Source: an uncultured Candidatus Saccharibacteria bacterium (lineage in GTDB: Bacteria > Patescibacteriota > Minisyncoccia > Phycocordibacterales > UBA9973). From it: a DNA stretch of 64,000 nucleotides. The position numbers and the translations under genes were made by a program. Positions within the stretch are counted from its first letter, which is position 1, and each line of letters begins with the position of its first letter. The notes beneath the pieces were generated by a model. That model did not search any database. It was given only the letters and a program-made list of their open reading frames with translations, and was not told the DNA's origin. The stretch is from NCBI GenBank assembly GCA_964639185.1, contig CAZXCN010000003.1, forward strand, positions 14,059-78,058, read 5' to 3'. This document shows, piece by piece, positions 9,464 through 19,720 of the stretch.

Positions 9464-10345
9464 ATGGCAAAAGCTAATAGCTCACTTGTTACATCTCCAC
9501 GCATAACAGAGATCAAGCGTAGAAAAAAGAAGCGAATACGATTTGCTATTATTTTTTATACCATATCAATTATTATAGTTTTTGTTGGTTTAGGATTCTT
9601 GTCTCGATTACCAAAAATAAGGATAACAAATATTGAAGTAAATGGTACACATATAGTAGACAGTACTCAAGTTATTGAAAATATAAAAGGTCATATAAGT
9701 GGCCGATATATTTATATGTTTGATCGTAATAATGCTTTCCTGTATCCAAAAAGAAATATTGAGCAGGATCTTGTCCATAAATTTCCTAGGATTAATAGCA
9801 TTGATATTTCTTTGAAAGGTTTTAATACTATAATAGTCACAATCGATGAGCGTACTGGATCATATTTATGGTGTGGCGCTAACATCCCAGCAGTTATAAC
9901 TGAATCTGGGGACAATTGTTATTTTATAAATTCAAATGGTGAAGTATTCGACAAAGCCCCGTATTTTTCAGGTAGTGTGTATTTTAAATTTTATGTACCA
10001 ATAGATGGCATGGAGGACCCATTGAATAAAATAATTTTAAATACAGAAACATTGCAGAAAGTTATAGCATTTGTCGATGGGTTAGAAGCTTTGGGTTTCG
10101 ATACTGTATCTGTGGTTATGGCTGACCCAGAGGCTTTTGCTTTTCACTTGGACCGCAAAGGTAATACAGCCGAGCCTGTGATTTATTTCAATAAAGAAAA
10201 TGACTTAAATAAAATATTTGAAAATTTAGCATCGGCGATGAGTAAAGATGAATTTAAAGATAATATAAATTCCAAATATAATAATTTAGATTATATTGAT
10301 TTACGTTTTAATAATAAAGTCTTATATAAATTCCGCAATGAATAA
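9464..10345 (+). CDS. ftsQ: FtsQ/DivIB-like cell division protein (single N-terminal TM + POTRA-like domain)
   Basis: Basic N-terminus, a single TM (FAIIFYTISIIIVFVGLGFL) and a POTRA-like IRITNIEVNGTHIVDSTQVIENI. Size and layout are typical of FtsQ. Confidence 0.5.
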   Translation: MAKANSSLVTSPRITEIKRRKKKRIRFAIIFYTISIIIVFVGLGFLSRLPKIRITNIEVNGTHIVDSTQVIENIKGHISGRYIYMFDRNNAFLYPKRNIEQDLVHKFPRINSIDISLKGFNTIIVTIDERTGSYLWCGANIPAVITESGDNCYFINSNGEVFDKAPYFSGSVYFKFYVPIDGMEDPLNKIILNTETLQKVIAFVDGLEALGFDTVSVVMADPEAFAFHLDRKGNTAEPVIYFNKENDLNKIFENLASAMSKDEFKDNINSKYNNLDYIDLRFNNKVLYKFRNE

Positions 10346-11432
10346 TTTTTGGGAAAAATTGCCTAAGCCTTTTTTTGCTCTTGCACCAATGGCCGATGTT
10401 ACAGATGCTGCCTTTAGGCGTATCATTACCAAATGCTCTCGTCATGGAGAAGTCGGTGGTGGGCCTGATGTTTTTTGGACAGAATTTGTATCAGCAGATG
10501 GGCTGATGAGCGCAGGTAGGGAAGTTCTAAAAAGGGATTTGGAATACAGTGTGGAAGAGAGCCCGATAGTGGCTCAATTATTTTCCTCGCATCCTGATCG
10601 CATGCGTGGTGCTGCTAAATTGTGTGCAGAATTAGGCTTTGATGGTATTGATATTAATATGGGGTGCCCTGATCGTAGTATCGAGAAGCAGGGCGCCGGT
10701 GCATGCATGATAAAGACTCCAGATATAGCAGGCCAAATAATTCAAGCTGTAAAAGATGGTATCAAAGATGCAGGACGCGATATACCAGTATCTGTAAAAA
10801 CTCGTGTTGGTTACAACACAGTACAAATCAATGAATGGATCCCTTTTCTTCTGTCACAAGACATTGCTACGTTGACTGTGCATGCTCGTACTCGTAAAGA
10901 AATGTCCAAGGTTCCTGCACGCTGGGAACATATAAGTGAAGTGGTGAAAATCCGTGACCGCATGGGTGTAAAAACAAAAATTATTGGTAATGGTGATGTG
11001 GTAGATATTGCGCATGGGTATACACTTGCAGAGCAAACTGGGTGTGATGGCATAATGATCGGTCGTGCAGTATTTGGTAATCCGTGGATATTTGACCATG
11101 ATAGAGTGGTTATAAAAAGACCAAAGAAAATGAATTTATTTTTGGCGAAAATCTTATCACGTAAAATGATGAAGAAATTGCAAGGCGCCGACCGCTATAC
11201 AGTTTCCGAAGTTCCAATAAAAGAAAAATTGCAAACTCTAGTAGAGCATACAAAATTGTACGATGAATTGCTTGGTGATATTAAAAGCTTCTCGATCATG
11301 AAGAAGCACTACAAGGCATATGTGAATGGTTTCGAAGGGGCTAAAGAATTAAGAGTTAAATTAATGGAAACAAATTCATCAAAAGAAGTAGAGGGTATAA
11401 TAAACGATTTTTTAAAATTTAATTATAAATAA
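10338..11432 (+). CDS. dus: tRNA-dihydrouridine synthase (Dus family)
   Basis: MNNFWEKLPKPFFALAPMADVTDAAFRRII is the Dus N-terminus (FMN-binding TIM barrel). Start reassigned to the ATG at 10338; the track ORF at 10296 overlaps ftsQ. Confidence 0.8.
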   Translation: MNNFWEKLPKPFFALAPMADVTDAAFRRIITKCSRHGEVGGGPDVFWTEFVSADGLMSAGREVLKRDLEYSVEESPIVAQLFSSHPDRMRGAAKLCAELGFDGIDINMGCPDRSIEKQGAGACMIKTPDIAGQIIQAVKDGIKDAGRDIPVSVKTRVGYNTVQINEWIPFLLSQDIATLTVHARTRKEMSKVPARWEHISEVVKIRDRMGVKTKIIGNGDVVDIAHGYTLAEQTGCDGIMIGRAVFGNPWIFDHDRVVIKRPKKMNLFLAKILSRKMMKKLQGADRYTVSEVPIKEKLQTLVEHTKLYDELLGDIKSFSIMKKHYKAYVNGFEGAKELRVKLMETNSSKEVEGIINDFLKFNYK

Positions 11433-11440
11433 AAAAAACC

Positions 11441-11470
11441 GACATTTTTATTTAATATCGGTTTTTTTTG
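11441..11470. terminator. Rho-independent terminator (bidirectional) after dus
   Basis: aaaaaaccgacat-ttttatttaat-atcggtttttttt: a stem flanked by A and T runs on both sides. Confidence 0.55.
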
Positions 11471-11482
11471 TTTTTTACTTTT

Positions 11483-11677
11483 TTATAAAGCTTCTTTTTT
11501 GTTTCGTATTTTATTGTAAAGTCTTTTTAAAAAACTTGGTTCCTCTGTGTCTTCATTTATTTCCTCTTCTTTAGATTTTATTTTTGGAGGGTTTTTGTGC
11601 GATAAATGATAGTCATTTTCTTCTTTTGGTGGTGAGTAAACTCCATTTACCCCTTCCACAAATTTTTCTTTTTTCAT
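11483..11677 (-). CDS. Small hypothetical protein (64 aa, Lys/Glu-rich)
   Basis: ORF MKKEKFVEGVNGVYSPPKEENDYHLSHKNPPKIKSKEEEINEDTEE... sits in an otherwise empty 360-bp gap with a terminator just downstream. No homology recognised. Confidence 0.3.
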   Translation of the reverse strand: MKKEKFVEGVNGVYSPPKEENDYHLSHKNPPKIKSKEEEINEDTEEPSFLKRLYNKIRNKKEAL

Positions 11678-11793
11678 GAGTTTACTATTTTTATATATGG
11701 TGACATATTAAGATTATATGTCAATCTTATAAATCGTAAATGATAGAGAGTGGTATATTGTGCCAGTATTATTTTATTTGCTATACTAAACAT

Positions 11794-12858
11794 ATGAAAA
11801 AGGAAAAAGATTCAAAAACAATGTCTCATATTGCTTTATATCGTAAATATAGACCAAAGGATTTTACCGAAGTTATAGGTCAGGACCATATAGTAAAGGC
11901 TATAGAAGGTGCTTTGAAGTCTGGCAAGGTTTCGCATGCTTATTTATTGTCAGGGCCACGTGGTACAGGCAAGACAACAATCGCTCGTATTATCGCCAAT
12001 GCATTAGGCACATCAGCAAGTGACATATACGAGATGGATGGTGCTTCAAATCGTAAAATCGAGGATGCCCGTGATATAAAAGAAAATGTTCGAACATTAC
12101 CTTTTGATTCTAAATACAAAGTTTATATACTCGACGAAGTTCACATGCTAACAAAAGAAGCATGGAATGCACTACTCAAGACTATTGAAGAGCCACCCGA
12201 GCATGCCATATTTATCCTAGCAACAACCGAGATAGAGAAAGTGCCTGAAACAATAGTCTCACGCTGTCAGACATTTGTATTCAAGAAGCCGACCGATACA
12301 ATACTTGCAAACGTGGTTACAAATATAGGGAAGAATGAAGGATATACGATTATGGAAGGTGGTGCTGAATTAATAGCACTATTAGGTGATGGGTCATTCC
12401 GAGATACTATTTCTACTTTAGATAAAGTTGTATCTTTTGCAAAAACAAACAAGATCACTTTGCAAGATATTGTGGAGGTGACAGGTGCACCAGAGGTGAG
12501 CTTGGTAAAGGATTTTATAACTTCATTAGCCGAATCAGATATTGAAAAAGGTTATGCCACAATACACCAAGCTGTCGAGCAAAATATCGAAATGAAAATT
12601 TACATAAAAATGATATTATCGATGCTACGTCATGCATTGATGTTGCGCTATGCGCCGAGCATGAAGTCTAAGATATCAGATTCTTTATCTGAAGTTGATA
12701 TGGAATTTTTAGTAGACATAGTGTCAAAGAAGCCTGAGCATATTTCGTCTAGAACTTTATTGATATTGCTTGATTCATATCAATCATTGCGATATTCATT
12801 TATATCTGAACTTCCACTCGAGCTTGCCCTTGTGAATATCTTAAACAATGAAAAATAA
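11794..12858 (+). CDS. dnaX: DNA polymerase III gamma/tau subunit (short form)
   Basis: LYRKYRPKDFTEVIGQDHIVKAIEGALKSGKVSHAYLLSGPRGTGKTTIARIIA (Walker A). ILDEVHMLT is the DEAD-like box and SRCQ the sensor motif. Start placed at the ATG at 11794. Confidence 0.85.
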   Translation: MKKEKDSKTMSHIALYRKYRPKDFTEVIGQDHIVKAIEGALKSGKVSHAYLLSGPRGTGKTTIARIIANALGTSASDIYEMDGASNRKIEDARDIKENVRTLPFDSKYKVYILDEVHMLTKEAWNALLKTIEEPPEHAIFILATTEIEKVPETIVSRCQTFVFKKPTDTILANVVTNIGKNEGYTIMEGGAELIALLGDGSFRDTISTLDKVVSFAKTNKITLQDIVEVTGAPEVSLVKDFITSLAESDIEKGYATIHQAVEQNIEMKIYIKMILSMLRHALMLRYAPSMKSKISDSLSEVDMEFLVDIVSKKPEHISSRTLLILLDSYQSLRYSFISELPLELALVNILNNEK

Positions 12859-14098
12859 AAATTCTAATATATATGATGTAATCATTATGGGTGGTGGAGC
12901 TTCAGGCATGATGGCTGGTGCTGTGGCTTCATCATTGGGTAAGAGTGTTTTAATAATAGAAAAGAATCGAGGCCTAGGTGAGAAGTTGAAAATCACTGGT
13001 GGAGGCAGGTGTAATATTACTAATGCTGAAGAGGATTTGCGTGTTTTGATGAAGTTCTATGGCAAAGCCGAGCCATTCCTATATTCTGCATTTGCTCGTT
13101 TTGATAATAAAGATACTTTTAAATATTTTACTGATCGTGGTTTGCCTCTTGTGGTTCAAGCACGCAAGCGCGCATTTCCACATACTGAAAAAGCTTCTGA
13201 TGTATACAATGTATTGAAGAAGGAGCTAGAAAAAGGGGGAGTGGAAACAATACTAGGTGCAAGTGTATTAAGTATTGATGCTGATGGTAATAAAATAAAA
13301 AGTATAAATACAATAAAAGGTAGCTATGTTGCCAAATCATATATATTGGCAACAGGTGGTATGTCGCACCCAGAAACTGGCGCAACAGGGGACGGATTTA
13401 CATTTCTAAAACAACTTGGGCATTCTATAAAAGAACCAACACCTTCGATAGTACCACTTGAGGTGTCTGACAAATGGGTGCACGAACTCGCTGGAGTATC
13501 TTTGTCATTTATGAAGATAACATTTTTTATGGAGGACAAAAAAGCTTTTAGTAAAACGGGTAAAGTTTTGTTTACTCATTTTGGGCTTTCTGGTCCATTG
13601 ATATTGAATTCGGCAAGTAAAGTTGGTGACTTGTTGCAAAGTGGCCGTGTCACTGCATTTATCGATGCCTACCCAGATACAAACCACGGAGCACTTGCTG
13701 ATAAAATAATAAAGATATTTGATGCAAATAAAAATAAATCTTTAAAAACTGTTTTCAAAGATATAGTTCCTGAAGGAACAGCGAAAGCTTTGCAGAAAGT
13801 TTTCCCTAATATCGATTTCGAGACCAAAGTACACAGTGTTACAAAAGATATGCGCAAAGATATTGTTCATAAATTAAAAGCACTGCCTATTAATATTACG
13901 AACCTTATGGGTTACGATCGTGCTGTGGTGGCTGATGGTGGTGTGTATTTAAAAGAGGTGGACATGAGAACAATGCAATCCCAACTTTATGACAATTTAT
14001 ACATCACTGGTGACTTGTTGAATATTAACCGCCCTTCGGGTGGATACGGCCTTCAGCTGTGTTGGACTACTGGATTTATTGCTGGAACGGAAGCTTAG
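12848..14098 (+). CDS. HI0933/BaiN-like NAD(P)/FAD-dependent flavoprotein
   Basis: YDVIIMGGGASGMMAGAVAS is the FAD dinucleotide-binding motif and ITGGGRCNITN the HI0933-family signature. Confidence 0.75.
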   Translation: MKNKNSNIYDVIIMGGGASGMMAGAVASSLGKSVLIIEKNRGLGEKLKITGGGRCNITNAEEDLRVLMKFYGKAEPFLYSAFARFDNKDTFKYFTDRGLPLVVQARKRAFPHTEKASDVYNVLKKELEKGGVETILGASVLSIDADGNKIKSINTIKGSYVAKSYILATGGMSHPETGATGDGFTFLKQLGHSIKEPTPSIVPLEVSDKWVHELAGVSLSFMKITFFMEDKKAFSKTGKVLFTHFGLSGPLILNSASKVGDLLQSGRVTAFIDAYPDTNHGALADKIIKIFDANKNKSLKTVFKDIVPEGTAKALQKVFPNIDFETKVHSVTKDMRKDIVHKLKALPINITNLMGYDRAVVADGGVYLKEVDMRTMQSQLYDNLYITGDLLNINRPSGGYGLQLCWTTGFIAGTEA

Positions 14099-14144
14099 CT
14101 TGAAAAATAGTCATTTTTAAGGTATTCTGTTAGTGTTTATATAT

Positions 14145-14215
14145 TGGGATATCGTCTAATGGTAGGACAGGGGCCTTTGAAGCCCTTAATCGAGGTTCGA
14201 ATCCTTGTATCCCAG
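14145..14215 (+). tRNA. tRNA-Gln (anticodon UUG)
   Basis: UGGGAUAUCGUCUAAUGGUAGGACAGGGGCCUUUGAAGCCCUUAAUCGAGGUUCGAAUCCUUGUAUCCCAG. Acceptor UGGGAUA pairs with UAUCCCA. The anticodon loop is CUUUGAA and the T-loop UUCGAAU. Confidence 0.85.
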
Positions 14216-14237
14216 CAAAAAATGCTATAATTACTTT

Positions 14238-15248
14238 ATGTCAATATCAAATTTTGAAAACCGATTCTTCTTTATATTATCTGGGATAATATTGGTTGTA
14301 GCTTTATTAATCATCAAGCCATTCTTTTCAGTATTGGTTATTAGTATCGCAATGGCTGTTATATTTGAACCTGTGCATAGGTGGCTACGTAGCAATGTGT
14401 GTGGTGGAATAAATTGGCTGTCGGCATTACTTAGTGTAATTATCGGTCTTGTTATTATTGTTACGCCTATGGTTTTTATTGGTAAAACACTTTTTAATGA
14501 ATCTCAGAATTTATACCAAGTAGTAAATAATGATGGGGATACTAGCTATGTAAAATCTATATCTGATTCTATCAATGGTTTTTTGCCAAAGAATTTCAAA
14601 ATCCCTGATACTGAGATCAAAACATTGGTTGCTAAATTTTCAGATAGTATCGGATCAATGTTTACAAAGACTATATCAACTTTATTCTCATTCTTGTTAG
14701 TGATTATTGCTTTCTTCTATTTCTTGAAAGACGGTAAGCAATTTAGCGATTCATTAGTAAGCCTAAGTCCACTTTCTGATTCACACAATAGAGCTTTATT
14801 GAAAAAAGTACAAATTGTTATCAATGGTGTTTTGAAAGGATATTTCCTTGTGGGCCTTGTGCAGGGTGCATTGCTCGGACTTGGATTTTGGATATTTGGA
14901 GTCCCTTCACCAGTATTGTGGGGTACTATGGCAGCATTTGCATCTCTCGTACCAACTATCGGAACAGCTTTTGTATCTTTGCCTGGTATTATTTATTTAT
15001 TTATTACAGGGGCGACTAATCCAGCTATTGGTCTGATTATATGGTCAGTATTAATAGTAGGTTTGGTAGATAATTTGCTCAATCCACTAGTAGTAGGTAA
15101 AAAGATTAATGTTCCACCATTATTTATTTTATTCTCTGTATTAGGTGGAATATCATTATTTGGAATTATCGGTGTACTGATTGGACCTATTGTTGTTGGT
15201 TTGTTGTATGAATTAGTAACACTGTATCGCGAGAAATTTTCTGCATAA
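14238..15248 (+). CDS. AI-2E family transporter (PerM-like permease)
   Basis: Multi-TM protein with the AI-2E pattern GYFLVGLVQGALLGLGFWIFGVPSPVLWGTMAAFASLVPTIG. Start set at 14238 to avoid overlap with tRNA-Gln. Confidence 0.65.
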   Translation: MSISNFENRFFFILSGIILVVALLIIKPFFSVLVISIAMAVIFEPVHRWLRSNVCGGINWLSALLSVIIGLVIIVTPMVFIGKTLFNESQNLYQVVNNDGDTSYVKSISDSINGFLPKNFKIPDTEIKTLVAKFSDSIGSMFTKTISTLFSFLLVIIAFFYFLKDGKQFSDSLVSLSPLSDSHNRALLKKVQIVINGVLKGYFLVGLVQGALLGLGFWIFGVPSPVLWGTMAAFASLVPTIGTAFVSLPGIIYLFITGATNPAIGLIIWSVLIVGLVDNLLNPLVVGKKINVPPLFILFSVLGGISLFGIIGVLIGPIVVGLLYELVTLYREKFSA

Positions 15249-15253
15249 ATAAA

Positions 15254-16663
15254 ATGCTTGAAACTACACAAAAAAAATTATCTACTGTATTGCAAGGTGT
15301 AGAAATATATAAAACAATCGGTGATATCGATGTGTTAGTTAATAGTGTGTCGCTTGATTCACGTAATATGATTGTGGGTGCATTGTATGTAGCTATTGTT
15401 GGGCATGTTACTGACGGACATTTGTATATCAATGATTGTATTGCCAAGGGGGCAAAGGTAATAGTTCACGAAAGTGATGTCCAAGATATAAAAGAAGGTG
15501 TGACATATGTACAAGTTGCCGACAGTCACAAGGCAGTGGGGCAGATAGCTTGTAACTTTTACGACAATCCATCTACCAAGTTTAAACTAGTAGGTATTAC
15601 AGGTACTAATGGTAAAACGACTACAACAACACTGCTTTATAATTTATTCCAAAAGCTCGGATTTAATGTGGGTATGATAGGTACTGTTGTGAACAAGATC
15701 AATGATGATTCACTCGAAGCAGTACGCACTACACCTGATGCTGTTACTCTACAGAAACTTTTTGCCAGTATGGTAGATGCACGTTGCGAATATGTATTTA
15801 TGGAAGTTTCCTCACACGCAGTTAATGAGGGTCGCTTGCAAAATGTATCTTTCGCCGGAGGGGTATTTACAAACCTGACTCATGACCACTTGGACTATCA
15901 TGGAACTTTTGAAAATTATCGTGACGCAAAGAAAGAATTCTTTACCATGTTACCTGCAAATGCTTTTGCTATTACTAATAGTGATGATGCTAATGGTATA
16001 TATATGGTGGATAACACCAAGGCTTCGACTTTTACATACGGGTTCCGTAATCCAGCAGACTTTAGTCAAAAGTTAGTGAGTAAATTAGTAGGGGAATTCA
16101 ATGCTTATAATATACTTGCTGTATACACAACAGCCATTACTTTAAAGCAAGATCCTGCTGTAGTAAAAGAATTTATAAAGTTTATCGATGGTGCCCCCGG
16201 ACGCTTTGAATCATTTACTAGTCCGATTGGTACAGTAGGTATTGTAGACTATGCTCATACACCCGATGCAGTGGAGAATGTTTTGAATACTGTCCGCGCT
16301 ATGTCAGGTGGCCAGGTGATCACTGTTATTGGTTGTGGTGGTGACAGGGATAAAACAAAGAGGCCTACAATGGCACGTATAGCATATGATATGAGCGATA
16401 TTGTGATACTAACTTCTGATAACCCAAGGAGTGAAAAGCCGGAGGATGTAATAAATGAAATGCAGGGTGGTATTGCAGATATTGATAACAATAAATTGTA
16501 TACTATAGTAGATAGGCGCGATGCTATTGCGAAGGCGTGTGATATTGCAAAACAAGGCGACTATATAGTGGTGTTGGGTAAAGGCCACGAGGATTACCAA
16601 GAGGTAAATGGTGTTAAAACACATTTCTCTGATATGGAAGAGTTAAAGAAATTTATAAAATAG
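15254..16663 (+). CDS. murE: UDP-N-acetylmuramoyl-L-alanyl-D-glutamate--2,6-diaminopimelate (or L-Lys) ligase MurE
   Basis: Mur ligase with GITGTNGKTTTTTLL (P-loop). DNPR at the C-terminus (SDNPRSE) is the MurE signature. Confidence 0.85.
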   Translation: MLETTQKKLSTVLQGVEIYKTIGDIDVLVNSVSLDSRNMIVGALYVAIVGHVTDGHLYINDCIAKGAKVIVHESDVQDIKEGVTYVQVADSHKAVGQIACNFYDNPSTKFKLVGITGTNGKTTTTTLLYNLFQKLGFNVGMIGTVVNKINDDSLEAVRTTPDAVTLQKLFASMVDARCEYVFMEVSSHAVNEGRLQNVSFAGGVFTNLTHDHLDYHGTFENYRDAKKEFFTMLPANAFAITNSDDANGIYMVDNTKASTFTYGFRNPADFSQKLVSKLVGEFNAYNILAVYTTAITLKQDPAVVKEFIKFIDGAPGRFESFTSPIGTVGIVDYAHTPDAVENVLNTVRAMSGGQVITVIGCGGDRDKTKRPTMARIAYDMSDIVILTSDNPRSEKPEDVINEMQGGIADIDNNKLYTIVDRRDAIAKACDIAKQGDYIVVLGKGHEDYQEVNGVKTHFSDMEELKKFIK

Positions 16664-18015
16664 TGTATATTTTTAAAGTGATTGATTACAAAAAATATTT
16701 CAAAGGTAAGAAGATAACCATCATGGGGTTGGGGGTTCTTGGGCGTGGACTTGGCTATACCAAGTTCTTGGCAGAATGCGGCGCTGAATTGATAGTGACA
16801 GATATGAAGACAAAGGAACAATTGGCAAGTTCTATAAAAGAACTTAAAAAATATAAAAATATTGAATGGGTATTAGGTGAACATAGAATGCAGGATTTCA
16901 AGAACGTAGACATGGTTATAAAGAATCCGGGGATTCCTGCTGGCTCTATTTATATAAAAGAAGCTCGCAAGAATAAGATCCCTGTAGAGATGGATGCATC
17001 GCTTTTTGCAAAGCTTGCACCCGAGGTAACACTCGTAGGTGTGACAGGTACTAGGGGCAAGACTATGACTACGATGCTAATATACGAAATACTTAAGAGT
17101 GCAAAAAAGCGAGTTTTTTTGGGTGGTAATATTCGTGGTATTGCAACACTGCCACTACTTGCAAAAGTGAAGAAGGGTGACTTGGTGGTGATGGAGCTCG
17201 ACTCTTGGCAATGTGCTGGATTCGGTGAAGCCAAAATTTCCCCACATATTGCTGTATTCACTACATTTATGCGTGACCATATGAACTATTACGCTGGTAG
17301 TATGAAGAAATATTTTGTAGACAAGGCCAATATCTTTAAATATCAAAAGAAGGGTGACATGCTAATAATACGACCCGAGATGAAGAAGCTAATTCCAAAA
17401 GGTGCAGCTTGTAAATTAGTGGTGGCTAATAGCAAGAACGTTGCCGATGTGGATTTCACAATTCCTGGAACTCACCAACTTGCAAACTTGGCTTGTGCTG
17501 TTGAGGCAGTGAAAGCTTTGGGTGTATCAGATACAATAATCAAGAAAGCCGTGAAAAATTTCAAAGGAGTAGAAGGGCGTCTTCAATATATGAAGACTGT
17601 AAAAGGGGTAAAGATCTACAACGATAACAATGCCACAACTCCAGAGGCAACAATGGTGGGTATCGAAGCATTATCTTTCAAAAAGAATATTGTATTGATA
17701 TGTGGTGGTAGTGATAAGAATATAGAAACAAAGTCACTTGTGAATGCAATAAATAAATATACAAAGGCCGTGGTATTGTTGCCTGGAAGTGGAACAGATA
17801 AATTGGTAAGTAGTATGCAGAAAGTAGTGAGTAGTAAGGGAAATACAGAATTAATAAATGCGAAGGATCTGAAAGATGCGGTGGGGAAGGCGGTGAAGAG
17901 TGCAGTGAAGGGGGATACAATATTATTCTCGCCAGCATTTGCATCGTTTGGAATGTTTACGAATGAATATGACCGCAACGACCAATTTGTAAAGATAATA
18001 AAAGGGTTGAAATAA
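16663..18015 (+). CDS. murD: UDP-N-acetylmuramoylalanine--D-glutamate ligase MurD
   Basis: N-terminal Rossmann KKITIMGLGVLGRGLGYTKFLAECGAELIVTD. P-loop GVTGTRGKTMTTMLIYEIL. Confidence 0.85.
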   Translation: MYIFKVIDYKKYFKGKKITIMGLGVLGRGLGYTKFLAECGAELIVTDMKTKEQLASSIKELKKYKNIEWVLGEHRMQDFKNVDMVIKNPGIPAGSIYIKEARKNKIPVEMDASLFAKLAPEVTLVGVTGTRGKTMTTMLIYEILKSAKKRVFLGGNIRGIATLPLLAKVKKGDLVVMELDSWQCAGFGEAKISPHIAVFTTFMRDHMNYYAGSMKKYFVDKANIFKYQKKGDMLIIRPEMKKLIPKGAACKLVVANSKNVADVDFTIPGTHQLANLACAVEAVKALGVSDTIIKKAVKNFKGVEGRLQYMKTVKGVKIYNDNNATTPEATMVGIEALSFKKNIVLICGGSDKNIETKSLVNAINKYTKAVVLLPGSGTDKLVSSMQKVVSSKGNTELINAKDLKDAVGKAVKSAVKGDTILFSPAFASFGMFTNEYDRNDQFVKIIKGLK

Positions 18016-18019
18016 ATAT

Positions 18020-18598
18020 ATGCTTCCGGAATATTTAAATTTTTTAACACCTATCGTTGCTATTATTGCTAGCTATTTATATATAAAAAGTATAGTAAAA
18101 GGCGACACAATTCCCAACAAGGTTGGATGGTTTATTTGGTTATTAGCACCACTAGTTTCGTCCTTTATAATTTTGCAAAATGGTGGAGGATTTTCTGCTA
18201 TACCGGTTTTTATGTCTTGGATTATTCCACTTATTGTCCTGATTGCATCATACAAGATTAAAACAAAAATAAAAATAAATAAGTTAGATATTGTATGTTT
18301 TATAAGTGCACTCATTGCTATGTATTTTTGGCTCATTGCTAAAAATATTTATAATGCAACTGTATTTGCAATAATTGCAGATGGGTTCGGTTTTATACCA
18401 ACTATTTATAAAACTATAAAAAACCCAGGAACCGAAAAACCTTGGCCGTATATCGCTGGAATTTTTAATGCGAGCATTGCTATCCTAACACTGCATAATT
18501 TTGCATTTCATTTATTTGCTTTCCCTTTTTATTTATTGATTGGTAATGTTATATTGATTAGTGTGATATATTTTACTAATTTTAAGAGAGTTGAATAA
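18020..18598 (+). CDS. Hypothetical integral membrane protein (5-6 TM)
   Basis: Hydrophobic helices throughout; no recognisable family. It occupies the slot where ftsW would follow murD in a canonical dcw cluster. Confidence 0.5.
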   Translation: MLPEYLNFLTPIVAIIASYLYIKSIVKGDTIPNKVGWFIWLLAPLVSSFIILQNGGGFSAIPVFMSWIIPLIVLIASYKIKTKIKINKLDIVCFISALIAMYFWLIAKNIYNATVFAIIADGFGFIPTIYKTIKNPGTEKPWPYIAGIFNASIAILTLHNFAFHLFAFPFYLLIGNVILISVIYFTNFKRVE

Positions 18599-19184
18599 CA
18601 TGGAAGATAAAATATTAAAATTTAAAGATATTGTAATAAAAAACTTCTCCAGAGAAGATTTTCAATATCATGAATGGATGGGGGAATATCATCTTGAAAT
18701 TGTAGAGAGGATTGCAATGGAACTTTGTGATTTTTATACAGTAGCAGATAGAAACATCGTGCAAGCAATGGTGTGGTTCCATGATTTCGGTAAACCTTTT
18801 AATGAAGAAAGAGAAAGAGAAATAACTCTTGAAAAAGGGCCGGAAGCCATGCTTAATTGTGGATTTTCAAAGGATTTCATTGATAAGGTTATTGAGTATT
18901 GGAAGTTAATGGAATCGAAAAATGAAATAGATATAAAAGATACACCGATAGAAGTACAAATAGTGTCTTCATCAGATGGAGCTTCGCATTTTGTAGGGGT
19001 TTTCTACCCTAGTTATTTTGGAGATGGTAATGATTTTAAGAATACACAAAAAAATCTTCAAAAAAAGATTGAACAAGATTGGAATAGAAAAATGGTTTTA
19101 CCTGAGATACGTAACGCTTTTGAAGGTAGATACAAAAAGGCTAAAGAATTATTAGGAGAATTTCCAGATAATTTTTTAAAATAA
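18591..19184 (+). CDS. HD-domain protein (putative metal-dependent phosphohydrolase)
   Basis: H...H...HD pattern: YHEWMGEYHLEIVERIAMEL ... VWFHDFGKP. Confidence 0.5.
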   Translation: MNNMEDKILKFKDIVIKNFSREDFQYHEWMGEYHLEIVERIAMELCDFYTVADRNIVQAMVWFHDFGKPFNEEREREITLEKGPEAMLNCGFSKDFIDKVIEYWKLMESKNEIDIKDTPIEVQIVSSSDGASHFVGVFYPSYFGDGNDFKNTQKNLQKKIEQDWNRKMVLPEIRNAFEGRYKKAKELLGEFPDNFLK

Positions 19185-19188
19185 TAAT

Positions 19189-19719
19189 ATGAAAATATAT
19201 ATAATAAGACATGGGCAGACAGAATTTAATAAGGCTGGGTTGATTAATGGGAATATTGATTCTGATCTAACTGAAACTGGTATAGAGCAAGCAAAACTTG
19301 CGGCTGATTTTATACCAAAAACTATAAAGCGTATGTATGTATCTTCGCTTGGTAGGGCAAAAAAGACAGCTGAAATTTTAAATGAATATTTAAATGCTTC
19401 ATTAAGTTTTCATGATGAATTAAAAGAAGTACACTTTGGTAAATTGGAAGGTACACCTTTTTTGGAAGAATATAAGAAGAGACACAGAATGCTAGATTAT
19501 GATTGGGGTTCATATGGAGGTGAAGATTTTAATAAAGTTAAATCTAGAGTTTTAAAAGTTTTGGAAAAAATTAAAGAGGAAAATGAGGATGGCGAGGCTC
19601 TAATTGTTGCCCACGGTGGTATTATTAGGTTAATGCACTTCCTTGAATTTGGAGATGAATTAAAGGAAATAGAAAATACCTCTTTACATAGCTTTGATTT
19701 AGATAAAATTTTAAAATAA
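19189..19719 (+). CDS. Histidine phosphatase family protein (phosphoglycerate mutase-like)
   Basis: MKIYIIRHGQTEFN (RHG catalytic motif) and the C-terminal AHGG. Confidence 0.75.
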   Translation: MKIYIIRHGQTEFNKAGLINGNIDSDLTETGIEQAKLAADFIPKTIKRMYVSSLGRAKKTAEILNEYLNASLSFHDELKEVHFGKLEGTPFLEEYKKRHRMLDYDWGSYGGEDFNKVKSRVLKVLEKIKEENEDGEALIVAHGGIIRLMHFLEFGDELKEIENTSLHSFDLDKILK

Positions 19720-19720
19720 T

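Noticed and set aside
11740-11793. Upstream extension of the dnaX ORF (MIESGILCQYYFICYTKH)
   Set aside because: Cys/aromatic-rich junk preceding the conserved DnaX N-terminus; the ATG at 11794 gives a typical start.
14205-14237. Upstream extension of the AI-2E transporter ORF
   Set aside because: It would overlap tRNA-Gln (14145..14215); the ATG at 14238 is used instead.
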